Source of the DNA: Macrostomum hystrix
Taxonomy: Eukaryota; Animalia; Platyhelminthes
Direction: 5' to 3'
DNA: 64,000 nucleotides
Assembly: GCA_950097015.1 (NCBI GenBank)
Contig: CATNEN010000034.1
Location: 7,068,001 to 7,132,000 of the forward strand
Positions 25,430 to 37,684 of the stretch are shown here, piece by piece; position 1 is the stretch's first letter, and each line of letters starts with the position of its first letter. The notes below the pieces were generated by a model. It ran no database searches, was not told the origin of the DNA, and saw only the letters and a list, made by a program, of their open reading frames with translations. Position numbers and translations under genes: made by a program.

Positions 25430-26695
25430 CCTCTGCCTGAGGTCTCTCTTCCTCTGCCTGAGGTCTCTCTCTATGCCTGAGGTATCTCTTCCTCTGCCTG
25501 AGGTCTCCCTCCCTCTGCCTGAGGTCTGCCTCCCTCTGCCTGAGGTCACCCTCCCTCTGCCTGAGGTCTGCCTCCCTCTGCCTGAGGTCTCCCTCCCTCT
25601 GCCTGAGGTCTCCCTCCCTCTGCCTGAGGTCTCCCTCCCTCTGCCTGAGGTCTCCCTCCCTCTGCCTGAGGTCTCCCTCCATCTGCCTGAGGTCTCCCTC
25701 CATCTGCCTGAGGTCTGCCTCCCTCTGCCTGAGGTCTCCCTCCCTCTGCCTGAGGTCTCCCTCCCTCTGCCTGAGGTCTCCCTCCCTCTGCCTGAGGTCT
25801 CCCTCCATCTGCCTGAGGTCTCCCTCCATCTGCCTGAGGTCTGCCTCCCTCTGCCTGAGGTCTCCCTCCCTCTGCCTGAGGTCTCTCTCTATGCCTGAGG
25901 TCTCCCTCCCTCTGCCTGAGGTGTCTCTCTCTGCCTGAGGACTCTCTCCCTCTGCCTGAGGTCTCTCTCTCTGCCTGAGGTCTCTCTCTATGCCCGAGGT
26001 CTCCCTCACTCTGCCTGAGGTGTCTCTCTCTGCCTGAGGACTCTCTCCCTCTGCCTGAGGTCTCTCTCTATGCCCGAGGTCTCCCTCACTCTGCCTGAGG
26101 TGTCTCTCTCTGCCTGAGGACTCTCTCCCTCTGCCTGAGGTCTCTCTCTCTGCCTGAGGTCTCTCTCTATGCCTGAGGTCTCCCTCCCTCTGCCTGAGGT
26201 GTCTCTCTATGCCTGAGGTCTCTCTTTCTCTGCCTGAGGTGTCTCTCTCTGCCTGAGGACTCTCTCCCTCTGCCTGAGGTCTCTCTCTCTGCCTGAGGTG
26301 TCTCTCTCTGCCTGAGGTCTCCCTCCCTCTGCCTGAGGTGTCTCTCTCTGCCTGAGGACTCTCTCCCTCTGCCTGAGGTGTCTCTCTATGCCTGAGGTCT
26401 CTCTTTCTCTGCCTGAGGTGTCTCTCTATGCCTGAGGTCTCTCTTTCTCTGCCTGAGGTTTCTCTCTCTGCCTGAGGTCTCTCTTTCTCTGCCTGAGGTC
26501 TCTCTCTCTGCCTGAGGTCTCTGTCCCTCTGCCTGAGGACTCCCTCCCTCTGCCTGAGGTGTCTCTCTCTGCCTTAGGACTCCCTCCCTCTGCCTGAGGT
26601 GTCTCTCTCTGCCTTAGGACTCCCTCCCTCTGCCTGAGGTGTCTCTCTCTGCCTGAGGACTCTCTCCCTCTGCCTGATGTGTCTCTCTCTGCCTA
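25430..26695. repeat. 21-nt minisatellite (CTCTGCCTGAGGTCTCCCTCC)n
   Basis: Period of 21, about 60 copies. Confidence 0.95.
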
Positions 26696-27818
26696 TGGTT
26701 AGCGCTTGCTACAATTAGCGCATCACTAAACAACAATGCTACGAGCGCTAGTTTCCTACTCTATGAGAGTCGCAAGCACTTTAAGGACATTCGTAATGAG
26801 AAATTAGAAAGAACCATGAACTCTATATATCTATCAAATATCAAAATACTAGAGATTTCAATCTGTCTTGTGCACTGTATGTGCCAGGCAATCAGCCAAT
26901 TACGCCTTTCGCTCCATTGAGTCAGTGTGCTCAATAGTAGCCCAGTCCCCAATACAATGAATGAATGAATGAAATGCATTGCAAATGTCACACACAATAT
27001 TCCTGAGATCTGCTGCCGAATGGATTATTAGTGAAATATCCAATGGATTTTACTCTCTTCTCCAGCTGAATTGTGCATGAACCGGACTACAATCTATTCA
27101 CCATAAAGATTTAAAGGAAAGTGAAGCAGGACTGCTCCAGGACCATTCCTCTTAGTCCCCTGCCCATTGTTGTCTGCCCGAGCTGGGTGGCTAGGCGGGG
27201 GTATTAGCGATAATCCTTAGGGAGATTATCCGCGATGCTTTCCCGTCGAGCGAGTAAAAAAGAAACTGCTTCACTGGCCGTCTACTAAGCGGAAATCGTT
27301 ACAATGGCAGTGAGCTCTTTGGAAACTCACTCCAGCTGTCAGTAAATTGAGCTCCGTTCTTGACGGGAACGCCAAATTTAAAGAAAATTTTTACTAAACT
27401 CGCTATTTATGTCTATATATTTAATTATGAACAGATGAGAGAAAAAAGACATAAAAAGATATGAGATTTGATGAGAGAGATTTTTTAGATGAGATTGCAG
27501 GTGAAGAGAGAGATTATGCTGTTTGGAACAGAGAAAAGGGATGAGATACTTCAAATGGATTAACGAGAGTAGAGAAAAATGATAAAATGCTGTTCAAACT
27601 AAAACTTCGACTTCGGCGACCAACCAAAGAACAGCTGAGTAGACTGGCAACTAACTCTGGCCTCCATGCCATTGTTAGGCCCCGATCTGATTGGTCCGTA
27701 GTCGTCCCTAAGAAAAGAAGCTGACCAGTAGCTTGTCAGTGTATCTAGCCAAACCAGTCGCTCTGAAGGGAAAACTATAAGCACCTTTATACAGCTATAC
27801 TCGCTTACCTTCACCTTA

Positions 27819-27854
27819 CCCTAACCCTAACCCTAACCCTAACCCTAACCCTAA
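27819..27854. repeat. Interstitial telomeric-type repeat (CCCTAA)6
   Basis: Six perfect CCCTAA units. The last A is the A of the GPCR ATG. Confidence 0.9.
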
Positions 27855-30514
27855 TGTCTTGCCTGAATCACAGCATTCACAATCTGCATCAGGTGGGCAG
27901 TCGGTCCCGACTGGCTCTTGGCGCCGTCGCCTGCGCGGTGATGTCACTATCACCATGGAAACGGTGGCTGGCAACCTGCTGGTCATCGCCTCCGGTGGTG
28001 AAATTTCGCCGCCTTCACTCACGCAACTGCTTTCTGCTGCTGGCGTCGCTGGCGTCAGCCGATGTGGCCATCGGCCTTCTGGTGATGCCCTACTCGACCC
28101 TGTACAGCTTCCTGGGCTGCTGGCCCCTGGGTGACTTCTACTGCAAGTTCTTTTTATCGGCCGACATCATGTGCTGCACTTCCAGCATCCTGCACCTGTG
28201 CCTCATCAGCTTGGACAGGTACATTGCCGTCACGAATCCGTTGCACTACAAGTCGGCCGTGCGGCCTCGACGAATCTGGACGGCCGTCGCCCTTGTCTGG
28301 TCTATCAGCATCGGCCTGAGCTTCGGGCCCGTCTTCTCCGGCACGTTCAGATTCGATGACGAAGTCACCGAGGAGGCCTGGGTCGCCGGAAATGCCACCG
28401 CCGTTGCCGCCGCTGTCGGCAAGTGCCACATGTCCGTGAATCGCATCTACGCCGTCGTCTCGGCTCTGACATCGTTCTTCCTACCGCTGCTGGTGATGAC
28501 GGCCGCCTACGTGCGTGTTCACCGCATCGCTGCCGAGCACTCGCAAGGCGCCAGACAGCGGAAGGCGGCGACGGCGGGCGGCTCCGCCTCAGCGGCCGTT
28601 TCCAGACAGATCAACAGCGAGTCCAAGGCCACGAAGACCCTGGGACTGATACTGGGTGCGTCTGACACAATTCCCAATGTCCGTATGTCATCCTTCCCAA
28701 TGTCTCTGTGACATCCTTCCCAAATTCTCTGCGACATCCTTCCGAATGTCTATGGGACATCCTTCCCAATGTCTCTGTGACATCCTTCCCAATGTCTCTG
28801 TGACATCCTTCCCAAATTCTCTGCGACATCCTTCCGAATGTCTATGGGACATCCTTCCCAATGTCTCTGCGACATCCTTCCCAATTTCTCTGTGACATCC
28901 TTCCCAATGTCTCTGTGACATCCTTCCCAATGTCTCTGTGACATCCTTCCCAATGTCTCTGCGACATCCTTCCCAATGTCTCTGTGAAATCCTTCCCAAT
29001 GTCTCTGTGACATCCTTCCCAATGTCTCTGTGACATTCTTCCCAATGTCTCTGTGACATCCTTCCCAATGTCTCTGTGACATCCTTCCCAATGTCTCTGC
29101 GACATCCTTCCCAATGTCTCTGTGACATCCTTCCCAATGTCTCTGTGACATCCTTCCCAATGTCTCTGTGACATCCTTCCCAATGTCTCTGTGACATCCT
29201 TCCCAAATTCTCTGCGACATCCTTCCGAATGTCTATGGGACATCCTTCCCAATGTCTATGGGACATCCTTCCCAATGTCTCTGTGACATCCTTCCCAAAT
29301 TCTCTGCGACATCCTTCCGAATGTCTATGGGACATCCTTCCCAATGTCTCTGCGACATCCTTCCCAATGTCTCTGTGACATCCTTCCCAATGTCTCTGTG
29401 ACATCCTTCCCAATGTCTCTGTGACATCCTTCCCAATGTCTCTGCGACATCCTTCCCAATGTCTCTGTGACATCCTTCCCAATGTCTCTGGGACATCCTT
29501 CCCAATGTCTCTGTGACATCCTTCCCAATGTCTCTGTGACATCCTTCCCAATGTCTCTGGGACATCATTCCCAATGTCTCTGGGACATCATTCCCAATGT
29601 CTCTGGGACATCATTCCCAATGTCTCTGTGACATCCTTCCCAAATTCTCTGCAACATCCTTTCGAATGTCTATGGGACATCATTCCCAATGTCTCTGGGA
29701 CATCTTTCCCAATGTCCTTGTGCAATCATTCCAAATTTCTAAGCTGTCTGAGACAATAGTTAATTTCCAGCGAGACATTTCAATTTCCGTGAGTAGGATT
29801 GGTCTCCTGTAATCCCTGTTTGCTAAGGTTAATTAGTGTTCGCACTCTAGGCAAGCATATTACTATTACTTAGCTGAAGTTAAATTACCTTCTGTACAGG
29901 CTGTAATTAAGAGCTATTTATTCGCTACGCAATTTTTTTTCGAAAAGACTTCTAAGAGTTGACACGAGAGAAAACAGCGGCATTTCGTCATTCTTATCGT
30001 AGGCTGTTTCTACGCCTGCTGGATACCGTTCTTCCTCATGTACATCGCCTGCCCCTTCACTCTGGACAACTGCGCCCGCCTGCCTGACTGGGCGGTGTCG
30101 CTGATCACGTGGATCGGCTATGCCAACTCTGGAATCAACCCTCTGCTGTACGGCTCCAACCAGCGCGAGTTCCGCCTGGCCTATCTTCGCCTGCTGGGCT
30201 GCCGGCGTCAGTCCGATCTGCGCTACCTGCGATCGGACCGGCGCACCGTGCTCAGCCTGTACAGGCGCTCCGGCGCTGCCGCAGCCGCAGCTAGACCGTC
30301 TGGCCCCGCCGACCTGCAGCTGCGCCGGCCGGCCGTCATCGCCACCTGGGGTGTCGGCGGCAGCGGCGGAGGCGGCAGCTGCGGAGTCGTGGCAGGCGGA
30401 TGCGACATCGTTGCGCCTCCACCGAGACGGCTGCGGGCAGCTGCGGTGGCGACTACAACAACGACAGTGACGACGAGTTCGCTGACTGCTAGAAACGGCG
30501 AGACAATTGTCTGA
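27854..30514 (+). CDS. Aminergic class A GPCR (D1-like dopamine / beta-adrenergic-like octopamine type), about 437 aa; exons 27854-28655 and 30003-30514; TM1 has two compensating frameshifts
   Basis: Motifs: TM2 SLASAD, TM3 ADIMCCTSSILHLCLISLDRY (Asp3.32), TM5 YAVVSALTSFFLP, TM6 CWIPFFLMY, TM7 WIGYANSGINPLLY. N-terminal NHS sequon. Phase-1 intron G|gtgcgt..atcgtag|GC joins LILG-CFYACW. Confidence 0.93.
28670..29720. repeat. 23-nt minisatellite (GACATCCTTCCCAATGTCTCTGT)n filling the GPCR intron
   Basis: Period of 23, starting about 15 nt after the donor. Confidence 0.95.
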
Positions 30515-30902
30515 GCTGACTCAAACGACAAGCTTTGCAAACGGCTGTGACTATTAACCAATTACAATTTTGCGTGATGGTATTATGATGGCTAACAAAT
30601 TATGTTAAATCTGTGTTCTTGACCTGACAAAAACACGAGCCAGCGCAATTCACAACCAAAATTAATTATCTGGGTACCGTGTTAGCACTCCGTCTCTCGT
30701 AAAGCTGCATGTTGTGTCTCTGATTCTTGTCATTTCTTATCATTTAGTCTCGACATTCGAATAATTAAATGAATCCCCTTAAATGCCTGCGCCTATTCAG
30801 TTGTCTTTGACGAAAATAGATAGATAGATAGATAGACGAATGTAAAGAAACCACGCACACAGAGTAGGAATCTCTCTTAATTGCAAGTTGAATCTGTCGA
30901 CC

Positions 30903-30903
<1 letters not shown>

Positions 30904-30943
<40 letters not shown>

Positions 30944-30944
30944 C

Positions 30945-30987
<43 letters not shown>

Positions 30988-31004
30988 CAGACAGATAGAC
31001 AGAC

Positions 31005-31052
<48 letters not shown>

Positions 31053-31068
31053 GGATAGATAGATAGAC

Positions 31069-31116
<48 letters not shown>

Positions 31117-31117
31117 G

Positions 31118-31160
<43 letters not shown>

Positions 31161-31161
31161 G

Positions 31162-31219
<58 letters not shown>

Positions 31220-31248
31220 CAGATAGATAGATAGACAGATAGACAGAC

Positions 31249-31299
<51 letters not shown>

Positions 31300-31316
31300 C
31301 AGACAGATAGACAGAC

Positions 31317-31360
<44 letters not shown>

Positions 31361-31361
31361 G

Positions 31362-31400
<39 letters not shown>

Positions 31401-31401
31401 G

Positions 31402-31444
<43 letters not shown>
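30904..31444. repeat. (GATA)n microsatellite with GACA/GATG variants
   Basis: Directly visible; a short satellite block also lies at about 30817-30836. Confidence 0.97.
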
Positions 31445-31892
31445 TCACTGTTGCAGCTCATAAATCAGGGTAGATATTTGTCAAAACGTCATATCAGCAA
31501 CAATGGATGAGAAGGCAGCTTCCCGCCCGGCCGCATTGGCAGCCAAGCTTGACTTCCTCTTCATCAATTTTCTGCAACTCTTTTATCCCCATTTCTTAGC
31601 CTCCAATTTTCACCAACCCTAAAAATCGCTTTCATTCTCCCACGCTTATATGCTTGGCCCGTCACGTGATTTCTAGTCTACAATTTGCTTGATTTCAAGG
31701 GCGCAGGCCACATTTTCAATTAGTGACTTTATCGGCCAACTCTTGCACCTCAATTAGCGACTGGCTTCCCCCAAAGCCCGGGCAACGTCGAAGTCAAATG
31801 CAGCCGCTCAAATGAAAGCACTTTCTTTGTCTAAAGCAGCGCAACAAGCACCATCACCAACAATCTATGCACTTTTAAATTATTGTAATAAC

Positions 31893-32163
31893 CGCATCGC
31901 CCACCTTGATTTCCTTATCTCAATCCGCATCGCTCACCTTGATTTCCTTATCTCAATCCGCATCTCTCACCTTGATTTCCTTATCTCAATCCGCATCTCT
32001 CACCTTGATTTCCTTATCTCAATCGCATCGCTCACCTTGATTTCCTTATCTCAATCCGCATCTCTCACCTTGATTTCCTTATCTCAATCGCATCTCTCAC
32101 CTTGATTTCCTTATCTCAATCGCATCGCTCACCTTGATTTCCTTATCTCAATCGCATCGCTCA
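31893..32163. repeat. 33-nt minisatellite (CGCATCTCTCACCTTGATTTCCTTATCTCAATC)n
   Basis: Period of 33, about 8 copies. Confidence 0.92.
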
Positions 32164-32507
32164 TCCTTATTTTTTCTATCGTTCTCATCTGCCTTCTATA
32201 AGAATTCAGTTTTCTGATTCCTATCGGAATAGTGTTATAGAAATCAATATTTAATTAAAAAATTATCTTCGCAAAGTGCATAATAAGTGCTTTTAGCTTA
32301 AGGCAAAGCTGATTTCGTATCTGATCATATCCTCTAAAACATTTACAATGCCCTTTTGCACTCAGCCATGCACTCAGTCGTGAGTTCCCTATGGAAAATA
32401 TCACGGGTCGTTTCCCTGGATGAAAGTTATTTTATTAACACCCCGATAACTGGAGCAAGTGAAGCTGGCACCGATTACATTTCTTCAGTTCAATAGATAA
32501 TTGTCTT

Positions 32508-33600
32508 TGATCAGCATCACATTCTCTATGATCTGCATCACATTCTCTATGATCTGCATCACATTCTCTATGATCTGCATCACATTCTCTATGATCTGCA
32601 TCACATTCTCTTTGATCTGCATCAGATTCTCTTTGATCTGCATCAGATTCTCTTTGATCTGCATCACATTCTCTTTGATCTGCATCAGATTCTCTTTGAT
32701 CTGCATCACATTCTCTTTGATCTGCATCAGATTCTCTTTGATCTGCATCACATTCTCTTTGATCTGCATCAGATTCTCTTTGATCTGCATCACATTCTCT
32801 TTGATCTGCATCAGATTCTCTTTGATCTGCATCAGATTCTCTTTGATCTGCATCACATTCTTATTGATCTGCATCACATTCTCTATGATCTGCATCACAT
32901 TCTCTTTGATCTGCATCAGATTCTCTTTGATCTGCATCAGATTCTCTTTGATCTGCATCACATTCTTATTGATCTGCATCACATTCTCTATGATCTGCAT
33001 CACATTCTCTTTGATCTGCATCAGATTCTCTTTGATCTGCATCACATTCTCTTGATCTGCATCACATTCTCTTTGATCTGCATCAGATTCTCTTTGATCT
33101 GCATCACATTCTCTATGATCTGCATCACATTCTCTATGATCTGCATCACATTCTCTTTGATCTGCATCACATTCTCTTTGATCTGCATCACATTCTCTTT
33201 GATCTGCATCACATTCTCTTTGATCTGCATCACATTCTCTATGATCTGCATCACATTCTCTATGATCTGCATCACATTCTCTTTGATCTGCATCAGATTC
33301 TCTTTGATCTGCATCACATTCTCTATGATCTGCATCACATTCTCTATGATCTGCATCACATTCTCTTTGATCTGCATCACATTCTCTTTGATCTGCATCA
33401 CATTCTCTTTGATCTGCATCACATTCTCTTTGATCTGCATCAGATTCTCTTTGATCTGCATCACATTCTCTTTGATCTGCATCAGATTCTCTTTGATCTG
33501 CATCACATTCTCTTTGATCTGCATCAGATTCTCCTTGATCTGCATCACATTCTCTATGATCTGCATCACATTCTCTATGATCTGCATCCCATTCTCTTTG
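32508..33600. repeat. 21-nt minisatellite (TGATCTGCATCACATTCTCTW)n
   Basis: Period of 21, about 52 copies. Confidence 0.95.
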
Positions 33601-33815
33601 ATCTCCTCTACACCCTCCCAATGATCTTCTCTACACCCTCCCAATGATCTCCTCTACACCCTCCCAATGATCTCCCCTACACCCTCCCAATGATCTCCTC
33701 TACACCCTCCCAATGATCTCCTCTACACCCTCCCAATGATCTCCTCTACACCCTCCCAATGATCTCCCCTACACCCTCCCAATAATCTCCTCTACACCCT
33801 CCCAATGATCTCCTC
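33601..33815. repeat. 23-nt minisatellite (ATCTCCTCTACACCCTCCCAATG)n abutting the 21-mer array
   Basis: Period of 23, about 9 copies; shares TGATCT with its neighbour. Confidence 0.92.
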
Positions 33816-34611
33816 TGCACTGGTGTTCTCTGCACTCGCGCAGATTCTCAACAATCGGTACCCATTAGCTAGTTAGACCCCCGCGCTGCTTCCCACTCGC
33901 ACTAACTGTAATTTCTGAGACAACCAGAAAGCGTAGGCAACATCGCCTTCCTATTGATTCGGTTTCCGAAGCCCGGCTTGTCCGGAGAGTCTATAATATT
34001 GTATAGGCGTTCATTTCCTTTGGCTTTTTTCAGTGCCAGCAGTTTGCTTGCAGCCTATATTCCTTTTGGTTAGTTGTTTTGATGAAGCATCGGGGAACGA
34101 CAGGCTTGACTGGCTTCAACCAGTGCGAGACTAAGGAGATGGGGGAGAAAATACTTTCTTTTTTGTGGGATTAAATTTACACGGAGCACCGCCGCACTAA
34201 GAGGCAAAGTGGAGCTCCTTATTTCGTCCAATTTGGTCTTTTAAATAACAAGGACGAGAGCTGCTCGCGAGCAAAGTGGATCTCCCTGTTCCTAAATACT
34301 CCCAATTCCCAAACAAGTAGCTTTGAGGGAGTTGGTTCTGGTTGTCAGTATGGTTCCAGGCCCGAATGACGCGTGACTTACGAATTTCGGTGACGTTTTT
34401 ACTAAAAAAATATGAAAATGGGAACATCCGACAAAGCAAAACGACAGGAGTTCAAACTGATTGTAAAACTTGCTTGAAGAAGCGGCACGTCTGTTTCTAG
34501 TGCATATCAAGAAAATGTACTGAAATTTCACCTTAAATTCGTGCTAATAACCTGATTAACCCGCCTTTCTAACGATTCATTTTTAATGAGGGCGCGACAA
34601 TGACGGATTCT

Positions 34612-35868
34612 ATGACGGATTTCCAGAGTGAGAAAGAGCGGATTTCCAGAGAGAGAAAGAGCGGATTTCCAGATTGAGAAAGAGCGGATTTCCAGATTGA
34701 GAAAGAGCGGATTTCCAGGGTGAGAAAGAGCGGATTTCCAGAGAGAGAAAGAGCGGATTTCCAGAGAGAGAAAGAGCGGATTTCCAGGGTGAGAAAGAGC
34801 GGATTTCCAGAGAGAGAAAGAGCGGATTTTCAGATTGAGAAAGAGCGGATTTCCAGAGAGAGAAATAGCGGATTTCCAGAGAGAGAAAGAGCGGATTTCC
34901 AGGGTGAGAAAGAGCGAATTTCCAGAGAGAGAAAGAGCGGATTTCCAGATTTAGAAAGAGCGGATTTCCAGGGTGAGAAAGAGCGGATTTCCAGAGAGAG
35001 AAAGAGCGGATTTCCAGATTGAGAAAGAGCGGATTTCCAGATTGAGAAAGAGCGGATTTCCAGAGAGAGAAAGAGCGGATTTCCAGAGGAGAAAGAGCGG
35101 ATTTCCAGATTGAGAAAGAGCGGATTTCCAGATTGAGAAAGAGCGGATTTCCAGAGAGAGAAAGAGCGGATTTCCAGATTGAGAAAGAGCGGATTTCCAG
35201 AGAGAGAAAGAGCGGATTTCCAGAGGGAGAAAGAGCGGATTTCCAGGGTGAGAAAGAGTGGATTTCCAGAGAGAGAAAGTGCGGATTTCCAGAGAGAGAA
35301 AGAGCGGATTTCCAGAGAGAGAAAGAGCGGATTTCCAGATTGAGAAAGAGCGGATTTCCAGGGTGAGAAAGAGCGGATTTCCAGAGAGAGAAAGAGCGGA
35401 TTTCCAGAGAGAGAAAGAGCGGATTTCCAGGGTGAGAAAGAGCGGATTTCCAGAGAGAGAAAGAGCGGATTTCCAGATTGAGAAAGAGCGGATTTCCAGA
35501 TTGAGAAAGAGCGGATTTCCAGAGAGAGAAAGAGCGGATTTCCAGAGGAGAAAGAGCGGATTTCCAGATTGAGAAAGAGCGGATTTCCAGATTGAGAAAG
35601 AGCGGATTTCCAGAGAGAGAAAGAGCGGATTTCCAGAGAGAGAAAGAGTGGATTTCCAGAGAGAGAAAGAGCGGATTTCCAGGGTGAGAAAGAGCGGATT
35701 TCCAGAGAGAGAAAGAGCGGATTTCCAGATTGAGAAAGAGCGGATTTCCAGAGTGAGAAAAAGCGGATTTCCAGAGTGAGAAAGAGCGGATTTCCAGAGT
35801 GAGAAAGAGCGGATTTCCAGAGTGAGAAAGAGCGGATTTCCAGAGTGAGAAAGAGCGGATTTCCAGAC
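34612..35868. repeat. 23-nt minisatellite (GAGCGGATTTCCAGAGAGAGAAA)n
   Basis: Period of 23, about 54 copies. Confidence 0.95.
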
Positions 35869-36599
35869 TAATTTCAAGCAGTTATATTTCTATAATTTCC
35901 AAATATTATTTTGTTTGCTTACAATATACTATGTACTATTGATAGTGAAGCCTTCCAAACCATCACAGGCATGTTTACAGTTCATGGCAGTTATTTCGTG
36001 TGTTACTCTAGTAGTAATTACCAGTCATGTCGCTCAACCTAAAATAAATAGGGAGAGTAAAAAACTGTTCTCAAATTGTCAGTTTTACTTCCAAGATAGG
36101 TGGAATAATTAGATTAGCTCTGCTTTAAAATTGAGCATTAATGTTTGGCGCGAGACGTCACGCAGGCCGCCCACGTGCCAAAAGGCATCGAATTGCCGAG
36201 GCCGCCGTGGCCATGTTTACAGCTCAGCGATAAAACCTGACTCCGGGTTGAGCTCCTCGAAGTGGAACAGAATCTAGGCGGCAGGTGATGGATTTTCGTT
36301 TTCACTGACAAAGTCTTAAGCCAGCTTTCTTCTAATGGATTATTAGTTTTACCTTTTGCTTTGAAACAGCTTAAGCAGCTAAAATTGGCTAGTTTTTTAG
36401 TTTTTAAGCTCTGAATTAATTTATGGTGGAAAGATAAAGAAGTTGGGTGTGATAAGCTTTGAATGGACATTGAAAAAGGAGGGAGCGAGTGTATGCGTGG
36501 GCAGCGAATGGGTGGCTGGAAGACGGATGGAAGGTTGGGCTGAGAATGATGTGGGAGGAGGAGGGAGGTCGGTGCTCGGGGACGAAATGAGGTGGAAAG

Positions 36600-36950
36600 A
36601 GGAGGGAGGTTGAGATTGTATGTTTAGGCGGCGAATGGGGTAGCTTGAAGGAGGGAGGTGGGTGCTCGGGCAGGGAATGGGGTGGCTGGAAGGAGGGAGC
36701 TGGGTGCTCGGGCAGGGAATGGGGTGGCTGTAAGGAGGGAGGTGGGTGCTGGGCAGGGATTGGGGTGGCTGGGGCAGGGAATGGGTGGCTGGAAGGAGGG
36801 AGGTGGGTGCTAGGCAGGGAATGGGGGCTGGGGCAGGGAGTGGGGTGGCTTGAAGGAGGGAGGTGGGTGCTCGGGCAGGGAATGCGGTGGCTGGAAGGAC
36901 GGAGGTGGGTGCTGGGCAGGGAATGGGGTGGCAGGAAGGAGGTGGATGCT
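36600..36950. repeat. Degenerate G-rich repeat (GGCAGGGAATGGGGTGGCTGGAAGGAGGGAGGTGGGTGCT-like)
   Basis: About 7 imperfect copies with dense G-runs (G-quadruplex potential, inferred). Confidence 0.75.
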
Positions 36951-37684
36951 GAGGCAGCGAATGTAGTGGTTGCAGGAGGGTCAACGAGAGCAATGTACGA
37001 GCGTACAAGCAAAATTAGAATTGACAGTGAGTAGGAAACTGTCCGGTTAGAGTTTTTTGCCAAAACTCCAATACATCAGAGCAACTCAATGGTACATTTC
37101 AGTGGAGAGATGAGCGGCCAGTGAATCATACAAATATTTTTTAAGTGTTTTTATGTCGCTGCCAATTTAGCATCGAATTCAAAGCTGCGACACCGTCGAT
37201 ACCCTCAGAGTGACTTTCAAACTTCCACTTTGCGTCACCCGTGCGTCAGTGTGTAGAGAGCTCGCACTTCAGACCCAACATGGCAGGCCCCTGCTTAGCA
37301 CTTGCAGATGTAAATGCAAATGAAATCTGGCAGCGGAGAGCTCCGGGGTAATACGGCTTGCAAGTAAGACTGACTAGAAGGAGACCCAGGCCATCATCTA
37401 CTTAATTCAATTGCTCCCTCCGAGACGTCCAGGCTAGGGCTCGAGGAGGGATTAGGGATGCCGAGAAACTCGCGGCAGATTAGTTCCGAAGCGCCGACGG
37501 TAACACCAGCGCATCACTCAGTTCTTAAACTCTGGATGTGAGCCAAGGGACAGAGAACAGGTCCCGGGGACACTTTCACTATAAATCCAAATTGCAATAG
37601 CCGAAATATATTCACGGAATAGTCGAGGCAGGGTTCACGGAGTCAAGGGACACTGAAGTTCTGCTATGAGCGGGTCATGAAATA

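Noticed and set aside
25398-26009. Coiled-coil-like (QREGDLR)n and (LPLPEVS)n ORFs
   Set aside because: A 21-nt unit is in frame by arithmetic, and the array continues beyond the ORFs. The same holds for ORFs at 24496, 28688, 30765, 32485-33644, 34951, 41846-43282 and 59058-60035.
27816-28737. Minus-strand and alternative-frame ORFs over the GPCR, and similar ones over ARID2 (56047-58896), PICK1 (40986-41309, 45575-45898) and the ETS-like gene (11526-11774)
   Set aside because: They are shadows of GC-rich coding exons and show no independent motifs.
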